From NCBI GenBank assembly GCA_030390025.1, contig CM059432.1, forward strand, positions 34,598,001-34,662,000: a stretch of DNA of 64,000 nt, given 5' to 3'. Origin of the DNA: Squalus acanthias (Eukaryota). The translations under genes and the position numbers were made by a program. The stretch's first letter is position 1. The number at the start of each line of letters is the position of its first letter. Below the pieces are notes generated by a model that did no database searches, was not told the DNA's origin, and was given only the letters and a program-made list of their open reading frames with translations. This document shows positions 49,831 to 61,800 of this stretch, piece after piece.

Positions 49831-51354
49831 GAAGGAAAGTTGTGGATAGATACTCCCTGAATCTCAAAGGTAATCAAGCAAAACTCTGAGATATTCATTG
49901 CTTTTCTACCATGTCCTGCTGCCCTCTGCAGACATTGGCCCCAGTAGCAGAGGACCATTGCATTCTGTGTAGAGGCTCAAGACCTCAGTGTAAACCTAAG
50001 CCTACAAGCTCCAGTCCAATTCCAAAGAAAATATTTGTTCAACTCCTTTTTAAAGGTGTAATTGACGCCGCAACAACTTACTGGGTGTCCCCTAAAGTGT
50101 ATCTGAGTCACCCATCCTGACTGCTGTGAACTGAATTCTCCATTCTGCCCACTCATAGGAATTGCTAAATGAAAAAAGGCCAAGGTATATCTAGTTCGCC
50201 TTCTACCATCCTGGTAGCTGCATGATATAATAATAATGGAGCTATTGACAATTCATAACTAAAGAACTTGCATTTTTATAGCGCCTTTCACAACCCCAGG
50301 ACATCCCAAAGGCTTTACAGCCAATGAAGTACTTTTGAAATGTAGTCACTGTTGTAATGTAGGGAAACTTGGCAGCCAATTTGCTCACAGTAAGCTTCAC
50401 TTACTTCACCTTGCTTGATCTTCAAGCACATGGACCTTCCAGCAGGTGGTTACCGGATGACAATACAATGAAACTCTAACGAGCTTTTCCCTTTCTTGGC
50501 CTTAAGGCTAATTATAGCGCCTCAAGCATGAACAAGGAATCAAAGCTCGTACCTTCTGCCCTCTGGCATCTGCCCATGGAGCCATCGAGGGAGCTGGACC
50601 TGCATCTAATGGGTGCAGCCCCTGATCCACAAGCAATTGATTCCAAGATTAATGAAAGAGTTAATTGATCCAGGAGGTGCCAGCCCTGGCATCTTTCACT
50701 TTGAGAACTAGATTGAACAATTAAGCACCGCCTATTATATGGCCGAGAACCATCGCTGTAAGCCTCGACGGCTCACCTTAACTTACATATTGAGTAAATG
50801 GTACACTATCTTTCTGCATGACATCCCATGTAACAACACCAGTCAAGGCCATTCCAAGGTGCTCGGATTAGCTTCCTGGAATGTATCTCACCTGGCAGTA
50901 ATGGCAGGAAGGGATTACTGTCCTGGATTCTACTCAGATGGGAACTGTCTAATTAATTCTGATGGCTCAGAAACATGACAACTGTTCCAGGAAGGACATC
51001 AAAGAGCAGAGAGTAGAATCATTTGTCTTATTCCAACTTGGTACAACAGGGTGACTGCGAAAGAGATAGCAGCAGCAGACCAAAGCCTAACTCAATAGCT
51101 CCGGAACTATTTGGGGCTGTTTTTGTTAGAATAGAGGAGATTACAAAGTTTGAAATTTTTAAAATTATGAAAGGATGGGACACGGTAGATAGAAACAAAC
51201 ATTTTCTTGTGATTAAGGGGTCTAGAAACAAGGGGATAATAGATATCAGATTAAAAGTAAGAGATTTAGGAGTGAGAACCAGATGTGTGAATGGGCGGTG
51301 TGTGAGTGAGACGTGTAAATGATTTGTATGTGAGTGAGACTTGTGTATGGACTG

Positions 51355-53070
51355 TGCATGTGTGTGAATGAGTTGTGTGTGAATGAGACGTGTGTGTGTG
51401 AATGAGTTGTGTGTGCGTGAATGAGTTGTGTCCGTGTGTAAATGAGTTGTGTCTGTGTGTGAATGAGTTGTGTCCGTGTGTGAATGAGTTTTGTGTGTGA
51501 ATGAGTTGTGTGTGTGTGTGAATGAGTTGTGTCTTGTGTGAATGAGTTGTGTCCGTGTGTGAATGAGTTGTGTCCATGTGTAAATGAGTTGTGTGTGTGA
51601 ATGAGTTGTGTGTTGTGTGAATGAGTTGTGTGTGTGTGTGAATGAGTTGTGTCTTGTGTGAATGAGTTGTGTCCGTGTGTAAATGAGTTGTGTGTGTGAA
51701 TGAGTTGTGTGTTGTGTGCATGAGTTGTGTGCGTGTGTGAATGAGTTGTGTGTTGTGTGCATGAGTTGTGTGCGTGTGTGAATGAGTTGTGTCCGTGTGT
51801 GAATGAGTTGTGTGTTGTGTGCATGAGTTGTGTGCGTGTGTGAATGAGTTGTGTCCGTGTGTGAATGAGTTGTGTGTTGTGTGCATGAGTTGTGTGCGTG
51901 TGTGAATGAGTTGTGTCCGTGTGTGAATGAGTTGTGTGTGTGTGTGAATGAGTTGTGTGCGTGTGTGAATGAGTTGTGTGTTGTGTGCATGAGTTGTGTG
52001 CGTGTGTGAATGAGTTGTGTCCGTGTGTGAATGAGTTGTGTGTGTGTGTGTGAATGAGTTGTGTGTTGTGTGCATGTGTGAATGAGTTGTGTCCGTGTGT
52101 GAATGAGTTGTGTGTGTGTGTGAATGAGTTGTGTGCGTGTGTGAATGAGTTGTGTGCGTGTGCGAATGAGTTGTGTCCGTGTGTGAATGAGTTGTGTCTT
52201 GTGTGTGAATGAGTTGTGTGCGTGTGTGAATGAGTTGTGTGTGTGTGAATGAGTTGTGTGCGTGCGTGAATGAGTTGTGTGCGTGCGTGAATGAGTTGTG
52301 TGCGTGCGTGAATGAGTTGTGTGCGTGCGTGAATGAGTTGTGTGCGTGCGTGAATGAGTTGTGTGCGTGCGTGAATGAGTTGTGTGTGCGTGAATGAGTT
52401 GTGTGTGTGAATGAGTTGTGTGTGTGTGAATGAGTTGTGTGTGTGTGTGAATGAGTTGTGTGTGTGTGTGAATGAGTTGTGTGTGTGAATGAGTTGTGTG
52501 TGTGAATGAGTTGTGTGTGTGAATGAGTGTGTGTGTGAATGAGTTGTGTGTGTGTGAATGAGTTGTGTGTGTGTGAATGAGTTGTGTGTGTGTGAATGAG
52601 TTGTGTGCGTGTGAATGAGTTGTGTGCGTGTGAATGAGTTGTGTGCGTGTGTGAATGAGTTGTGTGCGTGCGTGAATGAGTTGTGTGCGTGCGTGAATGA
52701 GTTGTGTGTGTGAATGAGTTGTGTGTGTGTGAATGAGTTGTGTGCGTGTGTGAATGAGTTGTGTGCGTGCGTGAATGAGTTGTGTGTGTGTGTGAATGAG
52801 TTGTGTGTGTGAATGAGTTGTGTGCGTATGTGAATGAGTTGTGTGCGTGTGTGAATGAGTTGTGTGCGTGTGTGAATGAGTTGTGTGCGTGTGTGAATGA
52901 GTTGTGTGCGTGTGTGAATGAGTTGTGTCTGTGTGTGAATGAGTTGTGTGCGTGTGTGAATGAGTTGTGTGCGTATGTGAATGAGTTGTGTGCGTGTGTG
53001 AATGAGTTGTGTGTGTGTGAATGAGTTGTGTGCGTGTGTGAATGAGTTGTGTGCGTGTGTGAATGAGATG
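51355..53070. repeat. Minisatellite gaatgagtt(gt)n, units of 17-23 bp, modal 21
   Basis: Directly visible tandem array. Confidence 0.97.
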
Positions 53071-53428
53071 TGTGAGTGAAACGTGTGTATTGTTCTGCAC
53101 ATATGTGTGAATGAGTTGTGACTGACTGATGTGTATATGCGCTGTGTTTGCTTGTGACCAGGTTGTGTGTGGATGGTGATGACTGCCAGTGACCTGTCCC
53201 CACCACCGAGCACACATGAAAAACCGTTCCCTCCTGGGGTTCAGTAACAGGCCGACAGCCCAGGTAAAACTATGCCCCAACCCGGATCTGCAGCTTGCGG
53301 GGGGGGGAGAGAAGGAGGCAAATAATGAATGAATTGAGGTCTGATCGTTGGAGAGGATTTGCAGTGCACTGGAGCTGTAATGTGTGAACAGTACAGTGGG
53401 CTGTGAGACTCAGGCAGACTTCCTTTAC

Positions 53429-53561
53429 CTTGCATTCCAAGTTAACAACGAGAGCAATCATGGAACTCCTGAAGAGGGTTGCAGCAGTTTGAGGTCGTTT
53501 CGTGACTTCTGTGATACTCAGTTCCCCTTCCGGCCACATGTCTTTCAACACGGGGTTAACA
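53429..53561 (-). CDS. MYO1G: Myosin I exon, motor: [44 protein letters not shown]
   Basis: 133 bp, phase 2/0, acceptor tgttcccag, donor AAG/gtaaag. Confidence 0.95.
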
Positions 53562-53901
53562 CTGGGAACAGAAAAAGTAACGCATTTCAGTCAGTTATGT
53601 TTCAGATTTTTCGCTCATCAAGGCCGAATATTTTAGTACAAGGAGTGTGGGGTTTCCCCCTTTCTCATCCAGTGTTGGATCAGGAATTTCCAGGTCAGCT
53701 AAAGCGTGGGTTAGATACAGAGTACAGCTCCCGCTACTCTTCCCACCCCAGTAATATCACTTAAGATGCAGGTAAGAGCCCCCTACCTGTATCGGAGTAA
53801 TATTTCCATTTCTCCCACTGCAAATGTTGTAACCTCTATAAACAAAATTAACAACTTTGGGATTGAAGTCTGAGAATTTGCCAGGAATATTTCATAGTCT
53901 C

Positions 53902-53916
53902 AGTGCCCTCTATCGG
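53902..53916 (-). promoter_or_regulatory. Weak CTCF-like motif
   Basis: Reverse complement CCGATAGAGGGCACT. Confidence 0.25.
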
Positions 53917-54409
53917 ATGCTTCAAGTATAACATCTTGAGTAAAAACAGGCCTCTCAGCTGAAATCTATTTTACCAACACTTGTGTTTGATTTTATTTTA
54001 TATCACAATATGGTTGTGTGTGGATGGTGATGACTGCCAGTGACCTGTCCATGCCCCCATAACTATAACTTCTATAACTGACGGAAATTTGTAAAATTAG
54101 GTTCTTTTGAGATCTGCACTCTGTGGAATAAAATTTTTAACAGTGTTGCATCCTTCAGGGAGCAAGATGGTGGGGTTTATATTGGTGTCGAGGTGGTCTA
54201 GTGATGGAACAAAATCACCCTCTGTGGCAGACTGTAATGTGATGCCTGAATCAGGCCGGGCTGCAGCACTCCAAGGCTTTGTTGATCATTGATTGACCAG
54301 CCAGGCTCATCCATGGAACAGGGAGGGGTGGCGATGCCACTCGAAGCTGAGGTTCTTCTTCTTCAGCTCCCTATTGCAACCCAAGGCCCTAATGGGTAGG
54401 ATAGTCCCA

Positions 54410-56215
54410 GCACGTCCATGGAAATTACAACAGGAAAACAGGCCATGGCCCAACCAGACCGTGTTGGTGTTTACCCTCCACGCAAGCAAATAGTTCTAAT
54501 CACATTTACCTACTCCCATATCCCTTCAATCCCTTTTTCTTCATCCTCTTTGAAACTTAATCTTGAATGTTGAAACAGTTTTTGCCTCAACCACTAATCC
54601 TGGAAGTGAATTCCGCAGCCTCACATCTCACTGTGTGGAAAAAGTATCACCTGCCCTCTGTTCTAAAGCTCTTACATTTAACCTTCATATCTATGGCCCC
54701 TCGTTCTTGACCCCTCAACTACTGGAAACGGTCTGCTTCTATCTACCCAGTCTCATTCTTCCATAATTTCTATCATAATCTGTGTTGTTCTCATTAAAAA
54801 AAATGCTTATTTTAAAAATCTTTCTTCATATTTGTATTTCCTCATACCAGGCAACATCTTAGTGAATCTGTGTTGTACCCTCTCTATCCTTCCTATAGCG
54901 TGGAGCTCAATAATGCACACAGCACTCTAACGGAGGTTTTACTAAGGTTTTATAGAGGCTCATTATTACCTCTTGGCTTTTAGCTCTTGTGATAAAACAT
55001 AGAATTTCATTAGCTTTCTTTTGTCTTATCAACCTGAGCTGCCTTTAATGTCTTGTGAACCTGTACTTCTAAATTTCTCTGTTCTTTCATGGCATCGAGC
55101 CTGCTTACATTCAGAGTATAATTACTGCTGTTTTTTTAACCAAAATGTATCACCTCATACTTACCGACATTGAATTCCATCAGTCACCTTTTACCTCATT
55201 CCCCCATCTTATCAGTATCTCTTTGAATTTCCGTTGGTCGTCGAACAAATTAACCATACCTCCTATTTTGGTACCATCTGCAAATTTCGACACCACTCCC
55301 TCTAGGCCTATAGCCAAAATCATTGATATACACGGTGGACAGAGGTGGTCCCAGAACTGATCCCTGTGGAAAACCATTACCCGCTTCCAACTAATCTGAA
55401 AGACTGCCATTTACTCCAACTCTGTTTTCTCCTTTCTAACCATTTTTAATCCAATTTGCTATCCTACCCCTAATTCTATACTCTTTAATCTTCTCCAATA
55501 GTCTCCCGTGTAATATCTTATCAAAGGCTTTCCTAAAGTCCATGTACACTACATCCACTGCATTTCCCCCATCTATAACATCTGCTACCTCCTCAAACAA
55601 TTCTATAGGTTTCTTGAGCACAAACGTCCATTTTGAAATCTGTGGTAATTTCATCCTTAATTAAAGACTCTAAAATTTTCCCTAACACAGATATTAAGCT
55701 AACTGGCCTGTAATTACCCGGATTAGCCCTTTTAAAAAATGGATATTACCTTGGCCACTCTCCAGTCCTCCAGCACACATTCATACTTAGGGAAATATAA
55801 TTTTTGGTCGTCGCAATTTTCTCCCTCACCTCCCTTGGGATCCTAGGTTGTATCCTGTCAGGTGCTGGCACTTTGTCTTCCTTTAACGTAACAATTTAAT
55901 CTAAAATTTCACTTATATCCATCATAATCTTACTCATCTCACTCAACAACTTCAGGATTCACCTCCTCTCCTATTGGAATTTTTTTCCTCATGCTCTCTC
56001 TTAGTTTTCCTTATTCTGCTCTTATTTTCTCATATTCTCCTTTAGTTTTTTCATCATTATTATTCTTGTAGTCCTTATAGGCCCTCTTCTTCACTTTTAC
56101 TTGGCTTCTAGGATCTTTACTTACCTATGGTCACCTGAAACTATTATTAGTTTCATTTTTTAATTATATATTTTATTATGTACCTTTGCAATCTCTTTTT
56201 CAAAAACATCCCAAA
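54410..56215 (-). mobile_element. Old degenerate CR1 LINE
   Basis: DVVYMDFRKAFDK, SKFADGTKIGG; many indels. Confidence 0.8.
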
Positions 56216-56414
56216 TGAAACATCTGAAAGTATTTTGCAAACAATGAATTGCTTTGAAGTGCAGTGACTAAGTGACTATAGTTACAGAGATAAACATGCA
56301 GCTGCTTTGAACACAACAAGATACCACAAATCACAAGTCCAATTAATCTGTTTTTGGCAAGAGTAAATTGTTCATGTTTACGCTCTGTACACTGGAGATG
56401 TACAGGAGCTGACG

Positions 56415-56620
56415 GGGGTGAATCATTCCCTTTTACCCACTATGTACTGAACATTTACAGGACCTGACACACAAGCCATATAGTACCAGATGGAATTGAA
56501 TCATTCCCTTTTACCCGCTATGTACTGAACATTTACAGGCGTTGGCACTGAGACACACACGAGCCATACAGTGCCAGACGGGAGTGAATTGTTCCCTTTT
56601 CCGGCTGTGTACTGTAGATC
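56415..56620. repeat. Degenerate tandem repeat, about 3 units of 80-90 bp
   Basis: gaatcattcccttttacc..tatgtactgaacatttacagg recurs at 56420, 56498 and 56587. Confidence 0.7.
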
Positions 56621-56683
56621 ATAAACAAAAGCTAAAGAGACACTGCAGTGATCAGGACACTGTGCTCCTAGTACTGTCCTCAC

Positions 56684-56758
56684 CTGTTGTACATCAGGCG
56701 TTTGAAGTCCTGATAGAGTGTGTCCTTGTTCTTATCGATGAAGCCTTCCACCGAGTAC
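56684..56758 (-). CDS. MYO1G: Myosin I exon, motor: [25 protein letters not shown]
   Basis: 75 bp, phase 2/2, acceptor gttcag, donor AG/gtgag; read by hand. Confidence 0.95.
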
Positions 56759-57044
56759 CTGAACCCAAGCACAAAACACAGCTTTAGTTCCCTGTCCCTA
56801 TTTTCTCCTCTCCGATCGACACTGACAGCTGCCGGGTACAGATCCACCAGCACCAGCCGTCTCCCTCCCCCAACACCTTACCCAAGTGGCTATTCTTTTA
56901 GTGTAATCCCAGACAGTGAGCGGTGGCTTGCTTTTCGCCGATGAAGGGCATCGCAGCCAAGCCTGGCTATTCCCACATATATAAAGGGGAAAAAAATCTG
57001 GTAATCTGAAGCACTAAAACAGAACGTACCCTCAGAAATTCAGT

Positions 57045-57302
57045 TTCAAAAATCTGTAAATAAAAAGCTGGTATCAGTAAAAGTGACCATGATGCTGTCG
57101 GATTGTCATAAAAACCCATCTGGTTCACTAATGTCCTTTAGGGAAGGAAATCTGCCATCCTTACCCGGTCTGGCCTATATGTGACTCCAGCCCTACACCA
57201 ATGTAGTTGATTCTTAACTGCCCTCTGAAGTGGCCTAGCAAGTCACTTGGTTGTATCAAATACCTTCCTCATCTTCTAAGGGCAACTAGGGATGGGCAAT
57301 AG
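57045..57302 (+). mobile_element. Second SINE-like family, 3' part
   Basis: Ends aagggcaactagggatgggcaata, a tail shared with LINE-end fragments at 44165-44300 and 60650-61100. Confidence 0.7.
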
Positions 57303-58475
57303 GAAGGGGAGATGGAAAGTGGGAGAGAAGGGAGAGATGGGCAGAGGGGGAAGAGGGACACACAAAGCCAGGGCCGATGTTAGGACCATGCAACCTGTGC
57401 AATTGGACAAGGCCACGAGCTAGTCAAAGCAAATGTCATCCCTGTACAGAGAAGGGGAGGTGAATAGACGGAGAAAGGAGGGGTAAGCACAGACAGAGAG
57501 GGAAGGAGACAGAGAGGAAGAGAGTGGTAGTGAGGATAGAAAACAAATGAATTTATGGGCACAAACTATCAGCATTTTCTCAATGTTTCATTAAAGGAGT
57601 TGTTGAATGCCTCCTATTATGTCAAATAAAGGTGATTCATCTCCTCGATTGAAACAATGAATTTTTAACAAAATAGTTTGGGGATCAAAAGGAAAACAGT
57701 CTGACAGCCAGCAGCAGGGACTGAACGCCCCTATGTGAAGTATTTTAACATTTTGTTTTGAGTATTCAACAAAACCTGGAAATTTCAGTTGAGGTGTTGG
57801 AGGTTGAAGCACAGACAGCCATTATCTGCTAACTAGCAGATCTCCCCTGGCATTGCTCATGGTAAGTTGGAAGATTGGCTGTTTTATAACGACCAGAGCA
57901 TTACACCATGTGACATGCAATCTAGTATTCTGCTGCTGAGGTGGAGCTGCATGTTACTAACCTGTCCCTTTTAATGGAGATATCCAGAGGCCAATTGGAA
58001 GCTAATTGCTGTCTCTGCAGGACATTTGTCTGCAGACTGGCAGTTGATTAGAAATCCCCAGCTCCTTCCCTTGGAAAGAGGCCAGGTTATCATGGTCAGA
58101 AGAAACAAGTAGGAATGACTGGCTTTCTTTCTCTATTTTTTCTATATATTTTTCAAAGATGCTTCTTGTTGATTGGTCAGTTCTCTCTGTTGAGTTTTGA
58201 TTTGCTTTTGTTTGGTTCAAATGTCATATTCATTAATCAGATGCAAATTGTGACACAGACTTTCCATGTGTGACGCTTTTCAACAAAGTTTCAACAGAGA
58301 AAGACATTGGGGGTGAAATTTCCATCGTTAGCGCCTCCGGTGGGAGGCACTAACGGGGCGCAAATGGCTTTTCGTCCCCCGAAGCGCTAACCGCGCCTCC
58401 CGTGAAATTCTGCAGGAGGTTAGCGGTGGCGCTACCGGGTAGCGCCCCAATCTTCTGCGCCCGGAGATCATGACG

Positions 58476-58512
58476 TCACCTGACGAAGGAGCAGCGCTCC
58501 GAAAGCTTGTGA
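58476..58512 (+). ncRNA. Hammerhead motif, family B
   Basis: TCAC-CTGACGA-A-GGAGC agc GCTCC-GAAA-GC-TT-GTGA. Confidence 0.8.
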
Positions 58513-58560
58513 TTTCAAATAAAGCTGTTGGACTATAACCTGGTGTTGTGCGACTTCTCA
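58476..58560 (+). mobile_element. Solo Penelope-like pLTR fragment
   Basis: Matches the pLTRs at 16.3 and 27 kb through cgacttctca. Confidence 0.8.
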
Positions 58561-59231
58561 CATCCTGGTAGTGGCGTGATACAATGATAATGGTGTTGTT
58601 GACTAATCACAGCAATCAATCTCTTTCAATTAGTCTACAGCAGACCCAAATATCACGAGGAAAACCACCAGGAGTGGAGAGCTTTGGGAACCATAGGTCC
58701 AAAGTCACCTGTTCCTCCCAAGCATGCTACACTTTATGACATCTCTGAGAAATGTCCCAAAGTGTTTCACATAGAATAATTTACTTTCAAATACTGGGGT
58801 GAGGAAGACACTATACAATTCTGGGGACAGAAAGTGGAGTCCAAGGTGAAGCATTTGTACCAACCAGATCACTTCCTTTAATCCTTTTCTTATGCTCTTA
58901 CAAAACGTAACATGTAACGAGACAGCGTGAAATGAGAAATGTCCATTGGGCCCACCAGCCTACTTCCTCCAATTCCGGAGATGCTTGAGTGAAAGGTTAA
59001 TCCCCAAGGTTGAAAAGAGTAGGCGGGAGGATGAGGCAGATCAGCAAGTGGTGATTAAAGGGGAAGTGGATCAGTACTTGAAAAGGAAAAATTTAAAAGG
59101 ATACTGGAAAATGGCAGGGAAATGGGATTTGAGTGTGTCAGCTCTAGCTGAAAAACTAGCACTGACACAGGCGCAATAGGCCAAATAGACTGCTTCTGTG
59201 CTGTAATTTCAGTGATTCTTTGATTGAGCAT

Positions 59232-60360
59232 TGTAGAGGGAGCTTTACTCTGTATCTATCCTGTGCTGTACCTGCCCTGGGAGTGTTTGATGGGACAGTG
59301 TAGAGGGAGCTTTACTCTGTATCTATCCTGTGCTGTACCTGCCCTGGGAGTGTTTGATGGGACAGTGTAGAAGGAGCTTTACTCTGTATCTAACCCGTGC
59401 TGTACATGGCCTGGGAGTGTTTGATGGGACAGTGTAGAGGGAGCTTTACTCTGTATCTAACCCGTGCTGTACATGGCCTGGGAGTGTTTGATGGAGCAGT
59501 GTAGAGGGAGCTTTACTCTGTATCTAACCCATGCTGTACATGGCCTGGGAGTGTTTGATGGGACAGTGTAGAAGGAGCTTTACTCTGTATCTAACCCGTG
59601 CTGTACCTGCCCCGGGAGTGTTTGATGGGGCAGTGTAGAGGGAGCTTTACTCTGTATCTAACCCGTGCTGTACATGGCCTGGGAGTGTTTGATGGAGCAG
59701 TGTAGAGGGAGCTTTACTCTGTATCTAACCCGTGCTGTACCTGCCCTGGGAGTGTTTGATGGGACAGTGTAGAGGGAGCTTTACTCTGTATCTAACCCGT
59801 GCTGTACATGGCCTGGGAGTGTTTGATGGAGCAGTGTAGAGGGAGCTTTACTCTGTATCTAACCCGTGCTGTACATGGCCTGGGAGTGTTTGATGGGACA
59901 GTGTAGAAGGAGCTTTACTCTGTATCTAACCCGTGCTGTACCTGCCCCGGGAGTGTTTGATGGGGCAGTGTAGAGGGAGCTTTACTCTGTATCTAACCCG
60001 TGCTGTACATGGCCTGGGAGTGTTTGATGGAGCAGTGTAGAGGGAGCTTTACTCTGTATCTAACCCGTGCTGTACCTGCCCTGGGAGTGTTTGATGGGGC
60101 AGTGTAGAAGGAGCTTTACTCTGTATCTATCCAGTGCTGTACATGGCCTGGGAGTGTTTGATGGGACAGTGTAGAGGGAGCTTTACTCTGTATCTATCCT
60201 GTGCTGTACATGGCCTGGAAGTGTTTGATGGGGCAGTGTAGAGGGAGCTTTACTCTGTATCTATCCTGTGCTGTACATGGCCTGGAAGTGTTTGATGGGG
60301 CAGTGTAGAGGGAGCTTTACTCTGTATCTATCCTGTGCTGTACATGGCCTGGGAGTGTTT
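59232..60360. repeat. 67-bp tandem satellite, about 17 units
   Basis: Unit tgtagagggagctttactctgtatctaacccgtgctgtacctgccctgggagtgtttgatgggacag; constant period 67. Confidence 0.97.
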
Positions 60361-60467
60361 GGCGCTGACATGAGGTGCAAAAAAGCGTTCAGTTTGCCAT
60401 TAAAGACGTCCTATCCATCTTGCGAGATACCCCCAAATATTTTTAAAGATAGAAGGAGGGGTCTTAC

Positions 60468-60538
60468 GTGACTTGTCCAGCATAATGCTTTATCCTGAAG
60501 TGTTTGTTGAACTCCATATTCTTTTCAGTCGGACATAG
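60468..60538 (-). CDS. MYO1G: Myosin I exon, motor: LCPTEKNMEFNKHFRIKHYAGQVT
   Basis: 71 bp, phase 0/2, acceptor tttctgcag, donor AC/gtaag; not in the ORF track, read by hand. Confidence 0.95.
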
Positions 60539-60775
60539 CTGCAGAAAAACAAACGCATTAAAAGTAAGAAGTTTTTAGGGGCTGTCAGATGACTCAGTGG
60601 GCAACCCACCAACCAATGTGAGCTGAATCTTCCATGGGAGGAGGTCTCAAATTATATTGCCGTTCCTTCATCGTCGCTGGGTCAAAGTCCTGGAACTCCC
60701 TCCCTAACAGCACTGTGGGACCACTTACACCATATGGACTGCAGCGGTTCAAGAAGAAAGCCAACCACCACCTTC

Positions 60776-61033
60776 ATACAGGGGAGATGTGAGGAAAAAC
60801 TTTTTTACGCAGTGAGTGGCGATGACCTGGAATTCGTTGCCGACAGAAGTGGTGGAAGCGGAGACACTCAATGTTTTCAAGGGGAGACTGGATAGGCACT
60901 TGAGGGAAATAAACTTGCAGGGCTACGGGGATAGAGCGGGGGAATGGGACTGACTGGATCGCTCTACAGAGAGCCGGCATGGACTCGATGGGCCGAATGG
61001 CCTCATTCTGTGCCGCCATTATGACTCTATGAC
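60776..61033 (+). mobile_element. CR1 3' end inserted in an older LINE 3' end
   Basis: Same subfamily as 3482-4272; the host repeat resumes after 61033. Confidence 0.85.
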
Positions 61034-61520
61034 TAGGGGAAGAAGGGATGGGCAATAATGCTGGCCTTGCCAGCGACGCCCTCATCCCGATAATAAAGGA
61101 AATCCTGCCAAAACTGGCTGCTTCAGAGAGGGCTGCTGGCTCATTGGAATTGTAACGCAGCAGCAGTCAGAACTCTTCTTTGGGTTGGCGTCAGTGCGTG
61201 GTGTGGTTACGCTTCACTTTGCTGTGCTCAGTAGTGTAGCCGATTAATGTGTCAACACCTGGCATGATGGAATGGCAAGATGGTATTTTGCACCATCGAC
61301 CATTGCCCGTGTCGCGAGTTCAAGTCCAAGGGAAAGACGCTGAATGGATTACAATTGCTAGTCTTCAGGGAGGCAAAATCAGCAAGCAAGTTAGCCTCCA
61401 TCGCTACTACATAACTCCAGATGGCAACAGGTCTGGTAATAGATTCTCTGCCCATCTTATTGGTCAGGGAATGGCACATCTAGTGAGTTTCTGGCCTCAG
61501 GTATGAAACCAGGAGCAGGT

Positions 61521-61800
61521 AAAGAAAGAAAGAACTTGTATCTATATAGCGCCTTTTACAACCTCAGGACACCCTAAACATTTTACAGCCAATTCAGTAC
61601 TTTTTGAAGTGTAGACACTGTTGTAATGTAGGAATCGCAGCAGCCAACTTGCGCACAGCAAGCTCCCATAATCAGCAAAGTGATAATAACTAGATCATCT
61701 ATTTTTTAGTGCTGTTGGTTGAGGGATGATTTTTGGCCAGGACACCGGGGAAATGTCCCTTGCTCTTCTTCAAAGTAGTGCCATGGGATCTTTTACCTGA
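61521..61800 (-). mobile_element. Deu-domain SINE 3' part
   Basis: Reverse-complement match to the family. Confidence 0.8.

Noticed and set aside
51028..53280. H/T-rich ORFs of 649-750 aa
   Set aside because: All three minus frames are open because the repeat lacks stops on that strand; intronic artefact.
59232..60360. CRISPR-like regular array
   Set aside because: Whole units repeat with no unique spacers; eukaryotic context and no cas genes.
60468..60490. HYAGQV instead of HYAGDV as a functional oddity
   Set aside because: This position varies among myosins; not informative alone.
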